NCBI GenBank assembly: GCA_048128005.1 | Contig: JBEUKZ010000123.1 | Span: 248,001 to 312,000 of the forward strand | Origin: Veleropilina oligotropha | Taxonomy: Eukaryota | Direction: 5' to 3' | DNA length: 64,000 nucleotides | In this document: in pieces, positions 61,573 to 64,000 of the stretch | Layout of the letters: each line of letters opens with the position of its first letter | Position numbering within the stretch: the stretch's first letter is position 1 | Notes under the pieces: model-generated | What the model was told of the DNA's origin: nothing | Databases searched by the model: none | Seen by the model: the letters and a program-made list of their open reading frames with translations, nothing else | Translations under genes and position numbers: made by a program

Positions 61573-63771
61573 CAGGGGCGGATACAGGAATTTCCAAAGG
61601 GGGGGGTTGGGCCAATCCCAAAAGGGCACCCAGGGCCCTTGTGATTCTCGGAACCCTAAGTCAACGGTTGTGCGTTGGGGACCATGGTTCCCCAACGCAC
61701 ATGAAAATTTTGGATTCATTCCTACGAAACGGCCTCTCCTGCACTCGAAGCGGTTTATTTAATGTGAATCACTTTAGGTTTACGTCCGCGTTTTCCAGAT
61801 TTCAGGGGGGTGGGGGGAACTGCCCCCCGTCCTCATGGTAGCTACGTCCCTGGCACCACGAAATTAAGCCAAAAGAACATCGATCGAATACGTTTTATGA
61901 ATGTACTAGAACGGAAGGTGATATTGATCACAACAAATTCAATTCAATTTCAATCGTCAAGAATATTGCGACTGAATATCCGTCTGTTGTTTACTGAAAT
62001 GGACTCTTTCAGGACGGCATTAGTTTCAATTATCAGGTCCTGATGCAAATTCGTCAAACACAGTCCTGAGAGGCGCCCTTCGCCCATTCTGTTGCGGATG
62101 TACGTCTTGACTCTCCGGAAACACGAGAACGAGCGTCCGGCACTGCCGACTGGAAGTGTGCATCCAACTCTCAGTAATGCAGATATATTGGGGAATATAT
62201 CTGGATCTATCTTCCTCAAACAGTCGATGAGGTTTTCTGACCGTTGGTCCTCGGAAGTGGTATTCCAGCCGTGCCGCCATTCTTTAATCTCGCTCTTTAG
62301 TGCGGCTGGTGTCTGCATATCCCTCTCCCCAAAACGGAGAGACTTCGAAGACTCTTCCAATTCTGTGTTGCTCATTTTTGCAATGATCACAGGGACTAAT
62401 GCGAAAATCTCAGCGCATGTCCTGTTTTCCACGATGAAGCGTCTGTTGATTTGGACCAGCAGATGGTCCAGGAAGGGAATTTGGACATTTCTCAGGAACT
62501 ACGACGCCGGCGTGTCGGCTGGGGAATTATCGCGGTGACATTGTCTCCAGACGATGCGCGGCATGGACACAGTGCCCCCAACGTTCTCGCATAGCAGCTT
62601 TGCCGCAGTGAATATGTCTTGGAACTCTGAAACAACATCATCACGCATCCGTTGTATTCTTAAAATTGTGCTGTCGATAAGAGAGTATGCCATATAGGCA
62701 TCCATGTCACTTTTCTGGAGCTTTGACGCGTGTCCTTTCACCGTTTCCAAAGTGTTCTTCACTGACAGAAACGCAACAATGAAAGCAAATGATCTCATTG
62801 TGTGCAGAAGTCCCTGAGCTTTGACTCTAGTGTCACGATCCCATTTCCAGTTTTCTCCATCGTAAATGCCATCATGTTGGGTTGGATATAAAATGGCATC
62901 CAAGCACAAACATACAGCTTCATGGAGTGTATCATAACATGTATGGCGTTCTACCCATCGCGTCTTGCAAAGACCTTGCATTTTGATTTTTGACGAAGAG
63001 TTCTGCGATGCGGCGATAGTCTTTTCAAGAAATCGCTGTCGTTTCGGCGAGTTGTCAAAAAATAGAAAACATTCATTGACTGAATCTATCGTATTCCGAA
63101 TAGCTGGAATTTGACATGCCGCGGCAATACTCAAATTGAGCACGTGAGTATTGCAGTGTGTATACAGGGCAAGAGGGGCGATTGCCTCGATGCGACCATG
63201 AACACCAGTTCCTTCCGATGACATACATGAATCATTGATGCTCCATCATATGACTGCCCACATCAACGCCATGTTTCTTCAGTGATTGTAGAATGCCGTT
63301 AGCTATGGATTCGCCTGTTGTTCTATCCAGAAAGTGAAAATCGAAGAATCTCTCTTCGATTGTATGTCTCTCATTAACCTTTCGGAGGCAGATAGTCAGA
63401 ACCTCCTGATTCGCATACTGATCAGTGACCTCATCAGCCACGATTGAGAACACAGCACAGTCAGACTGGAGGCAGGCAATGAGTTTACGACCGATTTGAC
63501 GACCGATTATCTCGATCCGCTCGTTTTGGATTGTCTTCGATGTATACTGTGCGTTCCTTTTTCCAAATGGGCTTGGATAATATCGTCATGAGCAGTTTTA
63601 ATGCATATGCTTTAAGAAACGGTTCCTTAAAATAACCTCTAACTACACATAAAGGTGCACGTGTAAGGATTTTATTACTTGTTTTTAATGTCCGAGGCAA
63701 AAGGGCACTTGGTCCGTCAAGGGGGGGGGGGGGGGTCCGACCCCCACGGACCCCCCCTGGATCCGCCCCTG
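61573..63771 (-). mobile_element. hAT transposon deletion derivative with decayed transposase
   Basis: TIRs CAGGGGCGGATACAGG / CCTGGATCCGCCCCTG (15/16 match), flanked by CCGCC on both sides. Confidence 0.75.
61950..63590 (-). pseudogene. hAT transposase remnant (DUF4371 and C-terminal dimerisation domain; THAP12/ZMYM1-like family)
   Basis: YTSKTIQNE, FSIVADEVTD, YTHCNTHVLNL, LCKTRWVERH, FPNISALL..TLPV..RSFS..RNRMGEGRLSGL; several frameshifts; N-terminus absent. Confidence 0.9.
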
Positions 63772-64000
63772 CCGCCATCCGTTTACGCAGTACATCTGTC
63801 ACTGTCTGTATCCAATGATAACACACTCCTGTCATATACCTGTAGTTCGAAATATGTTGGACAAGAAGACATTTTACTCTTCTTTCGAAACAGTGCTAAA
63901 CGAGAAGCTTTAAAATTATTGCTAAACGAGAAGCTTTAAAATTATTGCAAAACATTGACCAGACAGAAAACCCAGAACACGATATTTACAAAGAAACCGG

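Overview
AT-rich, repeat-dense animal genomic DNA (probably a marine invertebrate; inference). Three intron-rich genes could be spliced by hand with consistent phases. (1) A class III facilitative sugar transporter, SLC2A10/SLC2A12-like (+, 596-20535; first exon not found). (2) PARPBP/PARI (-, 41217-25902, 11 coding exons, 633 aa, C-terminal PIP box). (3) PPP1R8/NIPP1 (+, 48036-57353; exon 1 uncertain; one GC-AG intron), head-to-head with PARPBP. The rest is mostly mobile DNA: two tRNA-derived SINE families, a decayed CR1-group LINE, a decayed hAT transposase, many MITEs, Helentron/HINE-like elements carrying satellite arrays, and a family of long-hairpin elements. The most unusual observations are hAT-like elements with 5-bp and 6-bp target duplications, a SINE flanked by a ~100-bp duplication, tandem repeats that multiply 5' splice sites in two genes, and hairpin elements with apparently homogenised arms. 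I see no clear evidence of a wholly new gene system. All homology calls come from motif recognition, not database searches.
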